Positions 29,668-38,374 of a DNA stretch of 64,000 nt are shown here, piece after piece. The position numbers and the translations under genes were made by a program. Origin of the DNA: Alphaproteobacteria bacterium (GTDB lineage: Bacteria; Pseudomonadota; Alphaproteobacteria; UBA6615); the NCBI GenBank assembly GCA_965261975.1, contig CBDHEC010000057.1:128001-192000 (forward strand), read 5' to 3'. The notes beneath the pieces were generated by a model. That model was given only the letters and a program-made list of their open reading frames with translations, was not told the DNA's origin and did no database searches. How positions within the stretch are numbered: position 1 is the stretch's first letter; each line of letters starts with the position of its first letter.

Positions 29668-31458
29668 TTACTTCCTGCCGCCCCGCTTCGCCGGGATGAT
29701 CGGCAGCATTACATGGGCCTGTTCCTTCGGCCCGGTGTGCAATGTCACATCACCGCCAAAAATCTCAGCCGGCCGGTCGCGCGGATCGTCATGGCGGAAG
29801 ATCGCAACGCCCGTCCAGTTGGCGTATTCGCCAAGCTGGGTGTTCGAGTCCCCGGGATACTCGTAATCCTTGCCCCGCACGGACAGCGCGATGCGATACC
29901 CCTTCGGCACCACAATGCAGGTCGGCCAGACCTCGACGTCGAGCTCGTAGGATTTGCCCGGCTTGAGGGGCTGCTCTTCGTCATGGGTGTGATACGGGCG
30001 ATACGGCAGGCTCTTCTTCTCGTCGAGCTTGCGGTGCGACGCCCGCAGCCAGCCTTGCGCGATCGGCGTGTGCGGATCGAGCGCGCCCTGGAACGTCACT
30101 TCCTTCATGTCCGGACCGAACACGCGGAAGACCAGGAACATGTCGGCATCGCTCGTCGAGGACGAGACGAAGAGCTTCGAGGCGATCGGCCCCGTAATCT
30201 CCATATCCTCTTCCAGCGGGTCGGACATGAAGGTCACGCCGTCGGAGAAGCCCGCATAGGTCACCTCGCCCTTCTTCTTCTGGGGCGTGGTCGAGAGGCT
30301 CATATTCGACGGATCGATATAGAAGTTGGTCCACTTGGTTCGCTTGAGCGGCCATTCATTCTCGTGACGCTCGACGAACACCTCGCCCGGGTGACGCACC
30401 TGCAGCTGGACCTTGGGCTGCTTGTTCCATCCGTTCTTCTCACCCTTCAGGTAATAGCCGAAGAAGCGCTTCTGCAGGTCCATACCGTAGTCGGTGTAGA
30501 AGTGGGTCCAGTGCTCGATCCCGTGCACCTCGAGCCACTTCTCCTTGGACTTCGATTGCGTGAAGCCCTCGAAGTTGCCGCGCGGATGCAGGCCCTGGCC
30601 GCCCCAGTTCGCGGTCGACAGCATCGGCACCTTGACCTTGTTCCAGTCGGGCATACGCGACTGCCAGTATTCGTCGGTGTCGAGCTTCCGCGCGAGACAA
30701 TCCTCGTAGAAATTGTTCCGGTTCGCGCCGAGCTCTTCCTCGGTCAGCGTGTCCGGACCGGCAACCCATTCGGCGTTCATGCGCGAACGCGGGCCGTTCG
30801 AGCCCTTGCCGTGCTGGACCGAGTAAACCTGCGCCTCGGACCAGTCCTTGACGAAGCCGTTACACATGATGCCGCCGTGATGGGCCATGTCGCGGTAGAA
30901 GTCGGCCGCGCCCTCCCACGGGCAGATCGCCGCAAGATGCTTTGGCTGCAATGCCGCCGCCTGCCACTGGTTCTCGGCATAGTAGGAGATGCCGTTCAGG
31001 CCAACCTTGCCGTTCGACCAGGACTGAACACCGGCCCAGTCGATACAGATCGCCAGATCCTGCGCCTCGCGCAACGACCAGATGTCGATGACGCCCGGTG
31101 AGCGCCCGGTGCCGCGCCCGTCGACGCGGATACACACATAGTTATCGGGCACCCAACGTTCCGGATCGACGACCTCCCAGTTCTGGTACTTCTCGCTGGT
31201 ACCGGCGCCGATCTCGGGGAAATCCTCGAGCATGCGCTCATACTGATCGTGATAGGCATCGTCGAAGTGGAGGAGCTTGCCGTACGGCCCGTAGGTCATG
31301 ATGACGCCATACTTGCCGTTCTTGATCGGTCGATAGACGTCGCATCGCAGGACAACGCCGTCATCCATCTCTATGGGCACATCCCAGTCAATCCGCATGC
31401 CATCGCGCACATCGGTCCGTGACTGATCATCCATGTAGGGTGTTTTCTTCTTCGCCAT
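29668..31458 (-). CDS. CocE/NonD-family hydrolase, copy 1
   Basis: Same motifs; Lys-rich, basic termini. Confidence 0.9.
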   Translation of the reverse strand: MAKKKTPYMDDQSRTDVRDGMRIDWDVPIEMDDGVVLRCDVYRPIKNGKYGVIMTYGPYGKLLHFDDAYHDQYERMLEDFPEIGAGTSEKYQNWEVVDPERWVPDNYVCIRVDGRGTGRSPGVIDIWSLREAQDLAICIDWAGVQSWSNGKVGLNGISYYAENQWQAAALQPKHLAAICPWEGAADFYRDMAHHGGIMCNGFVKDWSEAQVYSVQHGKGSNGPRSRMNAEWVAGPDTLTEEELGANRNNFYEDCLARKLDTDEYWQSRMPDWNKVKVPMLSTANWGGQGLHPRGNFEGFTQSKSKEKWLEVHGIEHWTHFYTDYGMDLQKRFFGYYLKGEKNGWNKQPKVQLQVRHPGEVFVERHENEWPLKRTKWTNFYIDPSNMSLSTTPQKKKGEVTYAGFSDGVTFMSDPLEEDMEITGPIASKLFVSSSTSDADMFLVFRVFGPDMKEVTFQGALDPHTPIAQGWLRASHRKLDEKKSLPYRPYHTHDEEQPLKPGKSYELDVEVWPTCIVVPKGYRIALSVRGKDYEYPGDSNTQLGEYANWTGVAIFRHDDPRDRPAEIFGGDVTLHTGPKEQAHVMLPIIPAKRGGRK

Positions 31459-31531
31459 CGACGCTCTCCCAAATACAAAAATTATGCACCCGAAGGCGTT
31501 GCACCCGCCGGGCCCGGTTATTGTTGGTTAT

Positions 31532-31560
31532 AGAATAGTGGAATTAGGTCTTTTAGTGAA
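31532..31560 (-). promoter_or_regulatory. Candidate sigma70 promoter of the CocE array
   Basis: TTCACT-N17-TATTCT on the minus strand in an AT-rich patch. Confidence 0.35.
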
Positions 31561-31606
31561 AGGGGCCGTTTCCACTGAATAGGTGCCCTGCGTTGAACGC
31601 AGAGGC

Positions 31607-32170
31607 TTACTCTGCGGCGATATAGAACACCGCCCAAGGCCAGCGGGCCTCATCCTCGGCGCTTCCTTTGCCGCCCGCGACATCGTAGACGATCCAGACC
31701 GGCCCGCGACCGCCGATCCCGAGATAGGCGCCGTCACCCTTGGTCGCGACGATCCACTTACGCTCGGCCAGATCGGCCGCCGTGATTTCGACCGCGAAGC
31801 CGTCGAGGGCGACCGCGGTGACCTTCGATCCGGTCCAGCCTGCCGCCATGAGCACATCGATCAACAGGGGCCCTTCAAGGGTGATCGCGCGCGGCCATGG
31901 CTCGGCCTTGATCGTCGTCTTAACGGTGCCGAGGGCCTCCAACATGGCGACGTCAAACGCGGCGGCACGGGTGTAGTCGTATTCCAATACCTTCAAGGTC
32001 GAGGCGCTGAAATGATCGGGCGCTGCCAGGTTCGGGTAGTCGACCGCGCCGCCGATTGTCAGGACGATGGTGCCTGTCGGTTTCGCCAGTTCCGCTCCCG
32101 CGCCGCCAACGGCGAAGGCCGCCAGCCCACCGGCCAGGAATATCGTTCTCCAAAACTTCAGAATCTTCAT
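31607..32170 (-). CDS. Exported molybdopterin-oxidoreductase-like protein (COG3915-like)
   Basis: Signal peptide; P.G.IVLTI.G, ALDGF and RGPVWIVY pattern. Confidence 0.6.
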   Translation of the reverse strand: MKILKFWRTIFLAGGLAAFAVGGAGAELAKPTGTIVLTIGGAVDYPNLAAPDHFSASTLKVLEYDYTRAAAFDVAMLEALGTVKTTIKAEPWPRAITLEGPLLIDVLMAAGWTGSKVTAVALDGFAVEITAADLAERKWIVATKGDGAYLGIGGRGPVWIVYDVAGGKGSAEDEARWPWAVFYIAAE

Positions 32171-32190
32171 CGGCGCGTCTTTCGGGTGGC

Positions 32191-32994
32191 TCACAGGCGG
32201 TTATCCGGATCGACGGTATAGCCTAGCGCATTCATCCAGAGAAGGCTCGACCAGGTGTCCATTGAGGGATCGAGCTCCATCCCGATGGCCTCTTTATATC
32301 CCTTGTCGATCGCGCGTTGCGCCAGCCACAGTAGATCGAGCTCGCCCACACCGGGCTCGTGGCGGTCCGGCGGGTTGCCGATCTGGACATAACCGATCAG
32401 CGGCCAATACTCGTCCATGATGTCCGTCAGGGTGCCGGTTTCTTCGTAGCGCATGTGATAGGTGTCGTAGACGAGGCCGACATTATCTCGGTCGACCGCT
32501 TCCACAATGTCGCTCGCCTGGGCCATGGTCTGCATTGCCCAGTCGGGAATGCGCTGCGCGGTGACCGGTTCCAGCAGAAATTTGCAGCGATGGTCGCCCG
32601 ACGCGGCGGCAATGTAGTCGAGGTTCTCGATATAGGTCTCGACGCAGCGCTCGCGCGATTCCCCGGGCGGCACCGGGCCGGCACCCACATTGATCGAGTA
32701 GAAATCGCAATGCTGGATGTATTCGAGCGCCAGATCGGCGGCCCGTCGGAATTCATCCTGCCGACCGGGCTGGGCACCCAACCCACGCACCCCGGCATCC
32801 CAGTCGACAGGGACCACGCAGTACATGAATTCCAGACCGTTATCGTCGAGCAACGCCTTGAGTTCATCCTTGGGCAACTGATGCGGAAAATGCCACTCGA
32901 TGGCAGTGCAGCCGATCTTGGCCGCAGCGGCGAACCGCTCGCGGATCGGAAGCTCGAGAAACAGATGATAGAAATTGGGCGCAAAGCGGATCAT
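32191..32994 (-). CDS. Hydroxypyruvate isomerase-family TIM-barrel protein
   Basis: RFAPN, LLEPV, YDTYH and VQIG.PPDRHEPG.GE motifs. Confidence 0.85.
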   Translation of the reverse strand: MIRFAPNFYHLFLELPIRERFAAAAKIGCTAIEWHFPHQLPKDELKALLDDNGLEFMYCVVPVDWDAGVRGLGAQPGRQDEFRRAADLALEYIQHCDFYSINVGAGPVPPGESRERCVETYIENLDYIAAASGDHRCKFLLEPVTAQRIPDWAMQTMAQASDIVEAVDRDNVGLVYDTYHMRYEETGTLTDIMDEYWPLIGYVQIGNPPDRHEPGVGELDLLWLAQRAIDKGYKEAIGMELDPSMDTWSSLLWMNALGYTVDPDNRL

Positions 32995-33148
32995 GGTGCC
33001 GGTAATCCTAGGCTGTGTGCTGGGTAGGTAGAAAGCCCCGCGAAAGCCTACCACTGTACCGCTGCAACAATAGTCGACCTTGCGAACTGCCGAAAAGCAA
33101 CGCAGAAACACCAGCAGCACTGATCACTCGTCCCGAAGGACCTACAAC

Positions 33149-33586
33149 ATGAAATATCTCACCAGCTATCTGGCCGCCGCCGTCGCGATGGTCTGGTTCA
33201 TGTCTACACCGGCCGTTGCCGACGATATGACCGACACCGCCCGCACCCAGATCGGCGCCTTCGTGGAAGCCGTGATCGCGGGTCCGGATGCGGTCGCACC
33301 CCTGTTGGCGCCCGAGTACCAGATCAAGCGCTCCAACGGTGTGGGTTACGACCGTGCCGGCTATATCGGCCGTGGCGCAGCATCGGTGAACGCACGACCG
33401 CGCTATGGGCTGAGCGACATCGTCGCCACCGCCGACGGCGACGTGCTGGTGGCACGTTACTTCCTGGAGATCGAGGAAACGATCGACGGCAAGCCGGTCA
33501 CCCGGCGCGCACCCCGTTTGACGGTGTTTCGCATGATCGACGGCGCCTGGAAGGTGTCTGCACACGCCCAACTTCGCACGCACTGA
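33149..33586 (+). CDS. Exported NTF2-like (DUF4440-type) protein
   Basis: Signal peptide; LLAPEY and C-terminal RLTVF...GAWKVSAH. Confidence 0.65.
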   Translation: MKYLTSYLAAAVAMVWFMSTPAVADDMTDTARTQIGAFVEAVIAGPDAVAPLLAPEYQIKRSNGVGYDRAGYIGRGAASVNARPRYGLSDIVATADGDVLVARYFLEIEETIDGKPVTRRAPRLTVFRMIDGAWKVSAHAQLRTH

Positions 33587-33613
33587 ATAACAACACCCAC
33601 CCGGACACGACCC

Positions 33614-34213
33614 ATGACAACCACACCGGAAACCCTGTGCGCCCGCCTGCTCGATGTGATCGAGAATGACGTTGTGCCCCTCACACGCGACGGTGTTGCC
33701 GCCGGCAACAAGGTCTTTGGCGCTGCCATACTGCGCAAATCCGACCTCTCGCTGGTGATGGCCGGCACCAATAACGAGGTCGAGAACCCGCTCAACCACG
33801 GCGAAATATCGACCCTGAACGCGTTCTACGCCCTGCCGGCAGACCAGCGACCGGCGACCGGCGACTGTGTCTTCGTGTCGACCCACGAACCCTGTTCCCT
33901 CTGCCTGTCGGCCATTACCTGGGCCGGGTTCGACAATTTCTATTATTTCTTCGGCTACGAAGACACGCGCGACGCCTTCAACATTCCCCATGATCTCAAG
34001 ATCCTGCAGGAAGTCTTCAAGGTCGAGGACGGTGACTATGCCCGCAGCAACGCCTTCTGGACGGCGCAAGACCTGATTGCGCTCTCGAACAGCCTCGACG
34101 ATGACGGCCGCACCGCACGAAGCGAGCAGATCGATCGCATTCGCACCGCCTACGACGCGCTCTCTGAGACCTACCAGGCCTCGAAGTCGGACAACGACAT
34201 TCCGTTGAGCTAG
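33614..34213 (+). CDS. Nucleoside/nucleotide deaminase (CDA superfamily)
   Basis: HGE and EPCSLC Zn-binding motifs; GNKVFGAAI. Confidence 0.88.
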   Translation: MTTTPETLCARLLDVIENDVVPLTRDGVAAGNKVFGAAILRKSDLSLVMAGTNNEVENPLNHGEISTLNAFYALPADQRPATGDCVFVSTHEPCSLCLSAITWAGFDNFYYFFGYEDTRDAFNIPHDLKILQEVFKVEDGDYARSNAFWTAQDLIALSNSLDDDGRTARSEQIDRIRTAYDALSETYQASKSDNDIPLS

Positions 34214-34309
34214 GCTCGCCGTCAAAAGCCTTGTTCTGTGCGGTGCCTGTCGGGCTTGCGAAGCCGGTGCTATGACCGAGCAAATTCGCACGCATGAAGG
34301 GGCACGACG

Positions 34310-34994
34310 ATGGAACTCAATCTCAAGGGCAAGACCGCCATCATTTCGGGCGGCAACAAGGGTCTAGGCGCGGCATCCGCGAAGGCGCTCGCGGCCGAGG
34401 GCGCGAATGTCTTCCTGACTGCGCGCAACGCCGACGATCTCCAGGCTACCGGCGACGAGATCACCGCGGCACACGGGGTCGAGGTGAGACAGCTCGCCAT
34501 CGACATCACCGACGAGGGCGCCGGCGAGAAGATCGTCGAGGCGGCCCTCGCGCAGTTCGATCGGATCGACATCCTGGTGAACGCGGCCGGTGCCGCGCGC
34601 GGCGGCGTGTTCCACGATATCGAGGACCAGGTCTGGCGCGCGCGGAAGAAGCCGCGGAACGCGCCCGAGAGGCGGCAGAGCGAGCAGAAGCTGCTGAACG
34701 CGCCCGAGAAGCAGCAGAACGTGCCGAAGCTGCCGAACGCGCCCGAGAAGCCGCAGAACGTGCAGAAGCTGCTGAACGCGCCCGAGAAGCCGCAGAACGC
34801 GCTCAGGAAGCAGCTGAAAAGGCCAAAGAACCCCCTGAACCCGAACCTAAAACACCGATTGGTCCGGGCAAATTGACCTAGGCACCTATCAGTAGGTGGC
34901 GCGCGTGGTGACGTTCCTCGCGTCGGACGCGTCCGGGAACGTCAATGGCACGGTTCTGGCGGTCGACGGCGGAATGACCCGCGGACTGTTCTAG
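34310..34994 (+). pseudogene. Disrupted SDR: the N-terminus (to about 34637) and C-terminus (34896-34994) flank a foreign insert
   Basis: N-terminal SGGNKGLG...NAAG; C-terminal VARVVTFLASDASGNVNGTVLAVDGG in a different frame; the YxxxK region is missing. Confidence 0.8.
34657..34815 (+). repeat. About four tandem 39-bp coding repeats (ERAREAAERAEAA)
   Basis: Units start at 34657, 34696, 34735 and 34774 with GAACGCGCCCGAGA; variation is mostly synonymous. Confidence 0.85.
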
Positions 34995-36160
34995 GTCGAC
35001 CGGCGCCGCATCAGTTCGTCGAGCCCGACCACCACAAGGCCGATCACCAATCCCCAGAACGCCGAGCCGATCCCGAAAATCGACAGACCCGAGGTCGTGG
35101 CCACAATCGTAACGACCGCGGCAAAGCGTGTCGGCTCCGGCTTCAATGCGGCACCCAGCGCGTTCATGAGCGGCCCGAGCAGCGCCAGGCCGGCCACGGT
35201 AACAATCACGCCCGGCGGTAACGCGGCAAACCCGGCGACCACCGCAACGCCGACGACGGCAAGGGCAAGAAATCCGGCACCGTAGAAAACCCCGGCGATC
35301 CAGCGCTTTGCCGGATCCGGGTGGGTGTCCGGACCCGTGCACAGCGCGGCCGTGATCGAGGACATGGTGGTCGTATGTGCACCCAAGGGTGCCGTCACCA
35401 GCGACATGAACCCCGTGACGGCAAGCGCAGAACGGGTCGGCGGCTCGTAACCCGACGCCCGCAGGACCGCGAAACCCGGCAGATTCTGGGACGCCATCGA
35501 GACCAGGAACAGCGGCACGCCAAGCCCAATCAGCGCTCCCGGCTCAAACACCGGAACGACCAAGGTGAAGGCTGCGAGCGATCCACCGGGCTCGTAAGGC
35601 GTCGTTTTTCCCAGAAGGACGGCCCATGCAATACCAGCCACCAGCACGGCGATCACGGCCCATGTCGGGCTGAACAGGCGCACCACCAGGAATATCCCCA
35701 CGAGCGGTAGAACCAGCAGCGGATCTACAGTCGCCGCATCGAAAACGGCGATCGAAAATCCGATCAGCACGCCGGCAAGCATGGCGGACGCAATCGCCGA
35801 CGGTATCCGGGCGATCAGGGCGGCGAGCGGGCGCAATGTGGCGCTCGCCAATACCAGAATCGCGGTCAGGATAAACGCCCCGACAGCGGCCTCCATGGAG
35901 TAGCTGGGAACCCCGCCGACCGCCGTCGCAGCAATCAAAGCCGCGCCCGGTGTCGACCAAGCCGTAATCATGGGCATGCGATGACGCACCGAGAGCACGA
36001 TGCTCGCCACGCCCGTTCCAAGACAGACCGCCGAGACCCATGATGCAATTTGCCCGGAATCCGCGCCCACCGCTTGCGCGCCAGCGATCACAATCGCGAC
36101 GCTACTGCCGAAGCCGACCAATATGCCGACAAGGGCGGAACTGACGAGTGACGTTTTCAT
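34991..36160 (-). CDS. benE: Benzoate/H+ symporter, BenE family
   Basis: TAWSTPGAAL, SAMLAG, MASQNLPG and GIGSAFWG motifs. Confidence 0.9.
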   Translation of the reverse strand: MKTSLVSSALVGILVGFGSSVAIVIAGAQAVGADSGQIASWVSAVCLGTGVASIVLSVRHRMPMITAWSTPGAALIAATAVGGVPSYSMEAAVGAFILTAILVLASATLRPLAALIARIPSAIASAMLAGVLIGFSIAVFDAATVDPLLVLPLVGIFLVVRLFSPTWAVIAVLVAGIAWAVLLGKTTPYEPGGSLAAFTLVVPVFEPGALIGLGVPLFLVSMASQNLPGFAVLRASGYEPPTRSALAVTGFMSLVTAPLGAHTTTMSSITAALCTGPDTHPDPAKRWIAGVFYGAGFLALAVVGVAVVAGFAALPPGVIVTVAGLALLGPLMNALGAALKPEPTRFAAVVTIVATTSGLSIFGIGSAFWGLVIGLVVVGLDELMRRRST

Positions 36161-36255
36161 CGGACTGCTTCGCCCCCAACCGCGACACCATTGCGTTAGA
36201 TCAAAGCTACCCGGGGCGAAGCGAATAGTCTTGTGCGGAAATGGGGGTATCCAAC

Positions 36256-37047
36256 ATGAACGACAGACAAACCGGCCGATATGAGCCGCAGAAGGTGACC
36301 GTCGACGATCTGCTCGAGGTGCTCGGCCAGGGACTGCGGGACTTCAAGGCCGCTCCGGCCTACGGTTTGTTCTTCAGCGGTATCTATACCGTCGGCGGCT
36401 GGATGCTGATCCTGATGCTGATCGAGTTCGATTTGCCATTTCTGGTCTACCCGCTCGCCGCCGGTTTCGCGCTGATCGCGCCATTCATCGCCAGCGGCTT
36501 CTATATCATCAGCAGTGAGCTGGAAAAATCAGAGCCACTGTCCTGGGGCATCGTCCTCGGCACCGTCAAATCCATGTTCGGCCGCGATCTCGGCTGGATG
36601 GCCCTCGTCACGGGTTTCTCCTTGTTCATCTGGATGGACATTGCCGCGCTGCTGTCATTCGGCTTCATGGGCTTCCAGCTGTTCAGCTTCTCCGACCTCA
36701 TCCAGGTCATCTTCACCACACCGGCCGGTTGGGCCTTCCTGGTCATTGGCAACACGGTTGGGGCGCTTATTTCCTTCGCCGTGTTCTCTTACTCGGTGAT
36801 CTCGATCCCGATGCTTTTCGATCGCGACATCGACTTCGTGACGGCCATGATCACAAGCGTGCGGTTTGTGAAACGGAACCCGCGAGTCATGGCGATCTGG
36901 TGCCTCACCATCGCCTTTCTGACGGCCATATCCATATTGTCCGGGTTGATCGGGCTTCTGATCGTATTGCCGGTGCTGGGCCACGCGACCTGGCATCTCT
37001 ATCAGCGCGCGATCACACCGGCGGAGGAAACATCCCCGGCCACGTAA
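36256..37047 (+). CDS. DUF2189 integral membrane protein
   Basis: GLRDFKAAP, AGFALIAPF and PVLGHATWHLY motifs. Confidence 0.8.
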   Translation: MNDRQTGRYEPQKVTVDDLLEVLGQGLRDFKAAPAYGLFFSGIYTVGGWMLILMLIEFDLPFLVYPLAAGFALIAPFIASGFYIISSELEKSEPLSWGIVLGTVKSMFGRDLGWMALVTGFSLFIWMDIAALLSFGFMGFQLFSFSDLIQVIFTTPAGWAFLVIGNTVGALISFAVFSYSVISIPMLFDRDIDFVTAMITSVRFVKRNPRVMAIWCLTIAFLTAISILSGLIGLLIVLPVLGHATWHLYQRAITPAEETSPAT

Positions 37048-37072
37048 CCCGGCATTCATATCGGAAACGAAA

Positions 37073-37148
<76 letters not shown>

Positions 37149-37226
37149 ACCGTGCGCGTTCAAGCGGCGGCGGATATAGCACCCGCGACACCGGTTGTCG
37201 ATACGCTGGCGCGCGGAACAACCAGG

Positions 37227-38372
37227 TCAGGCCGCGCCGCCGCGCTTGTTGATGTAGGTGTCGCGGTGCAGCCAGCAGCTCATGATCAGGCCGAAACCGA
37301 TCAGCACCGTCAGCATCGCCGTACCGCCATAGGATATCAGCGGCAGGGGCACACCGACGACGGGCAGAATGCCCATCACCATGGCGATGTTTATGAAGAC
37401 ATAGAGGAAGAAGTTCACCGTCAGGCCCATCGCCAGGAGGCGCGCAAAATGGCTGCGGGCGCGGAACGCGATATAGATGCCATAGGCGATGAGCAAGCCG
37501 TAGAGCGCGATCAGCCCGGTCCCGCCGACGAGGCCGAACTCCTCGGCCAGCATCGTGAAGATGAAATCGGTCTGCTTTTCCGGCAGGAAATTCAGATGGC
37601 TCTGGGTGCCGGCCAGGAAGCCCTTGCCGAAAAGGCCGCCCGAGCCGAGCGCGATCTTCGACTGGAGGATGTGGTAGCCCGCGCCGAGCGGATCGGTTTC
37701 CGGGTTGAGAAATGTGAATATGCGTTGTTTTTGATAGCTGTGCAGGAACTGCCAGCCAATCGGCACGGCCGCCGCTGCCGCCGCCGCGACGGTGGCGAAC
37801 TGCCACAAGCGCGCGCCGCCAAGCCAGAACATCGCGGCCCCGACCATCGCCACCAAACCGGCCGTTCCCAGGTCAGGCTGGCGCAACACCAGCGCCATCG
37901 GCGCGGCCACCAGCACGACCGGTATCGCAAGGTTCCTCAGCCGGCCTGCGTCCTCGGCATCCAGTCCATGAAAATAGCGTGCCAACGCCAGCACCACCGC
38001 AATCTTCATGACCTCCGACGGCTGCAGCTGGAAGAACCCCAGATCGAGCCAGCGCTGCGCACCCATCCCGATCGAGCCCATGAGCTCCACCGCTGCCAGA
38101 AGTGCCAGACAGACCGCATAGACCGGAAACGCGGCGCGCAACCAGATGCGGATATCGGTCATCGCGACCGCAAGCATCAACAGAATGCCAACGGCAAATC
38201 GCATGAGCTGGCGCGATGCCCAGGGATCGAAATCACCATTTGCGGCGGAAAACAGCATCGCAAAGCCGATCGACGCCGTCAGCATGATCAACAGGACGAA
38301 CTCCCAGTTCAGATGCAGCAGCTTCTGACGGATGGTGAGTTTGGTCGAGGTGGTGCCGCTAAGACGTGCCAT
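37227..38372 (-). CDS. rodA: Rod shape-determining protein RodA
   Basis: GAQRW, QPSE, QPDLGT and PEKQTDFIF motifs; mre/mrd synteny. Confidence 0.96.
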   Translation of the reverse strand: MARLSGTTSTKLTIRQKLLHLNWEFVLLIMLTASIGFAMLFSAANGDFDPWASRQLMRFAVGILLMLAVAMTDIRIWLRAAFPVYAVCLALLAAVELMGSIGMGAQRWLDLGFFQLQPSEVMKIAVVLALARYFHGLDAEDAGRLRNLAIPVVLVAAPMALVLRQPDLGTAGLVAMVGAAMFWLGGARLWQFATVAAAAAAAVPIGWQFLHSYQKQRIFTFLNPETDPLGAGYHILQSKIALGSGGLFGKGFLAGTQSHLNFLPEKQTDFIFTMLAEEFGLVGGTGLIALYGLLIAYGIYIAFRARSHFARLLAMGLTVNFFLYVFINIAMVMGILPVVGVPLPLISYGGTAMLTVLIGFGLIMSCWLHRDTYINKRGGAA

Positions 38373-38374
38373 GG

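Noticed and set aside
34657-34815. The 39-bp periodic repeat as a CRISPR array
   Set aside because: There are no unique spacers, the variation is synonymous, and no cas genes are present.
1-37072. Integrative element or prophage at tRNA-Lys
   Set aside because: No integrase, transposase, phage genes or att repeat are visible, and base composition looks host-like.
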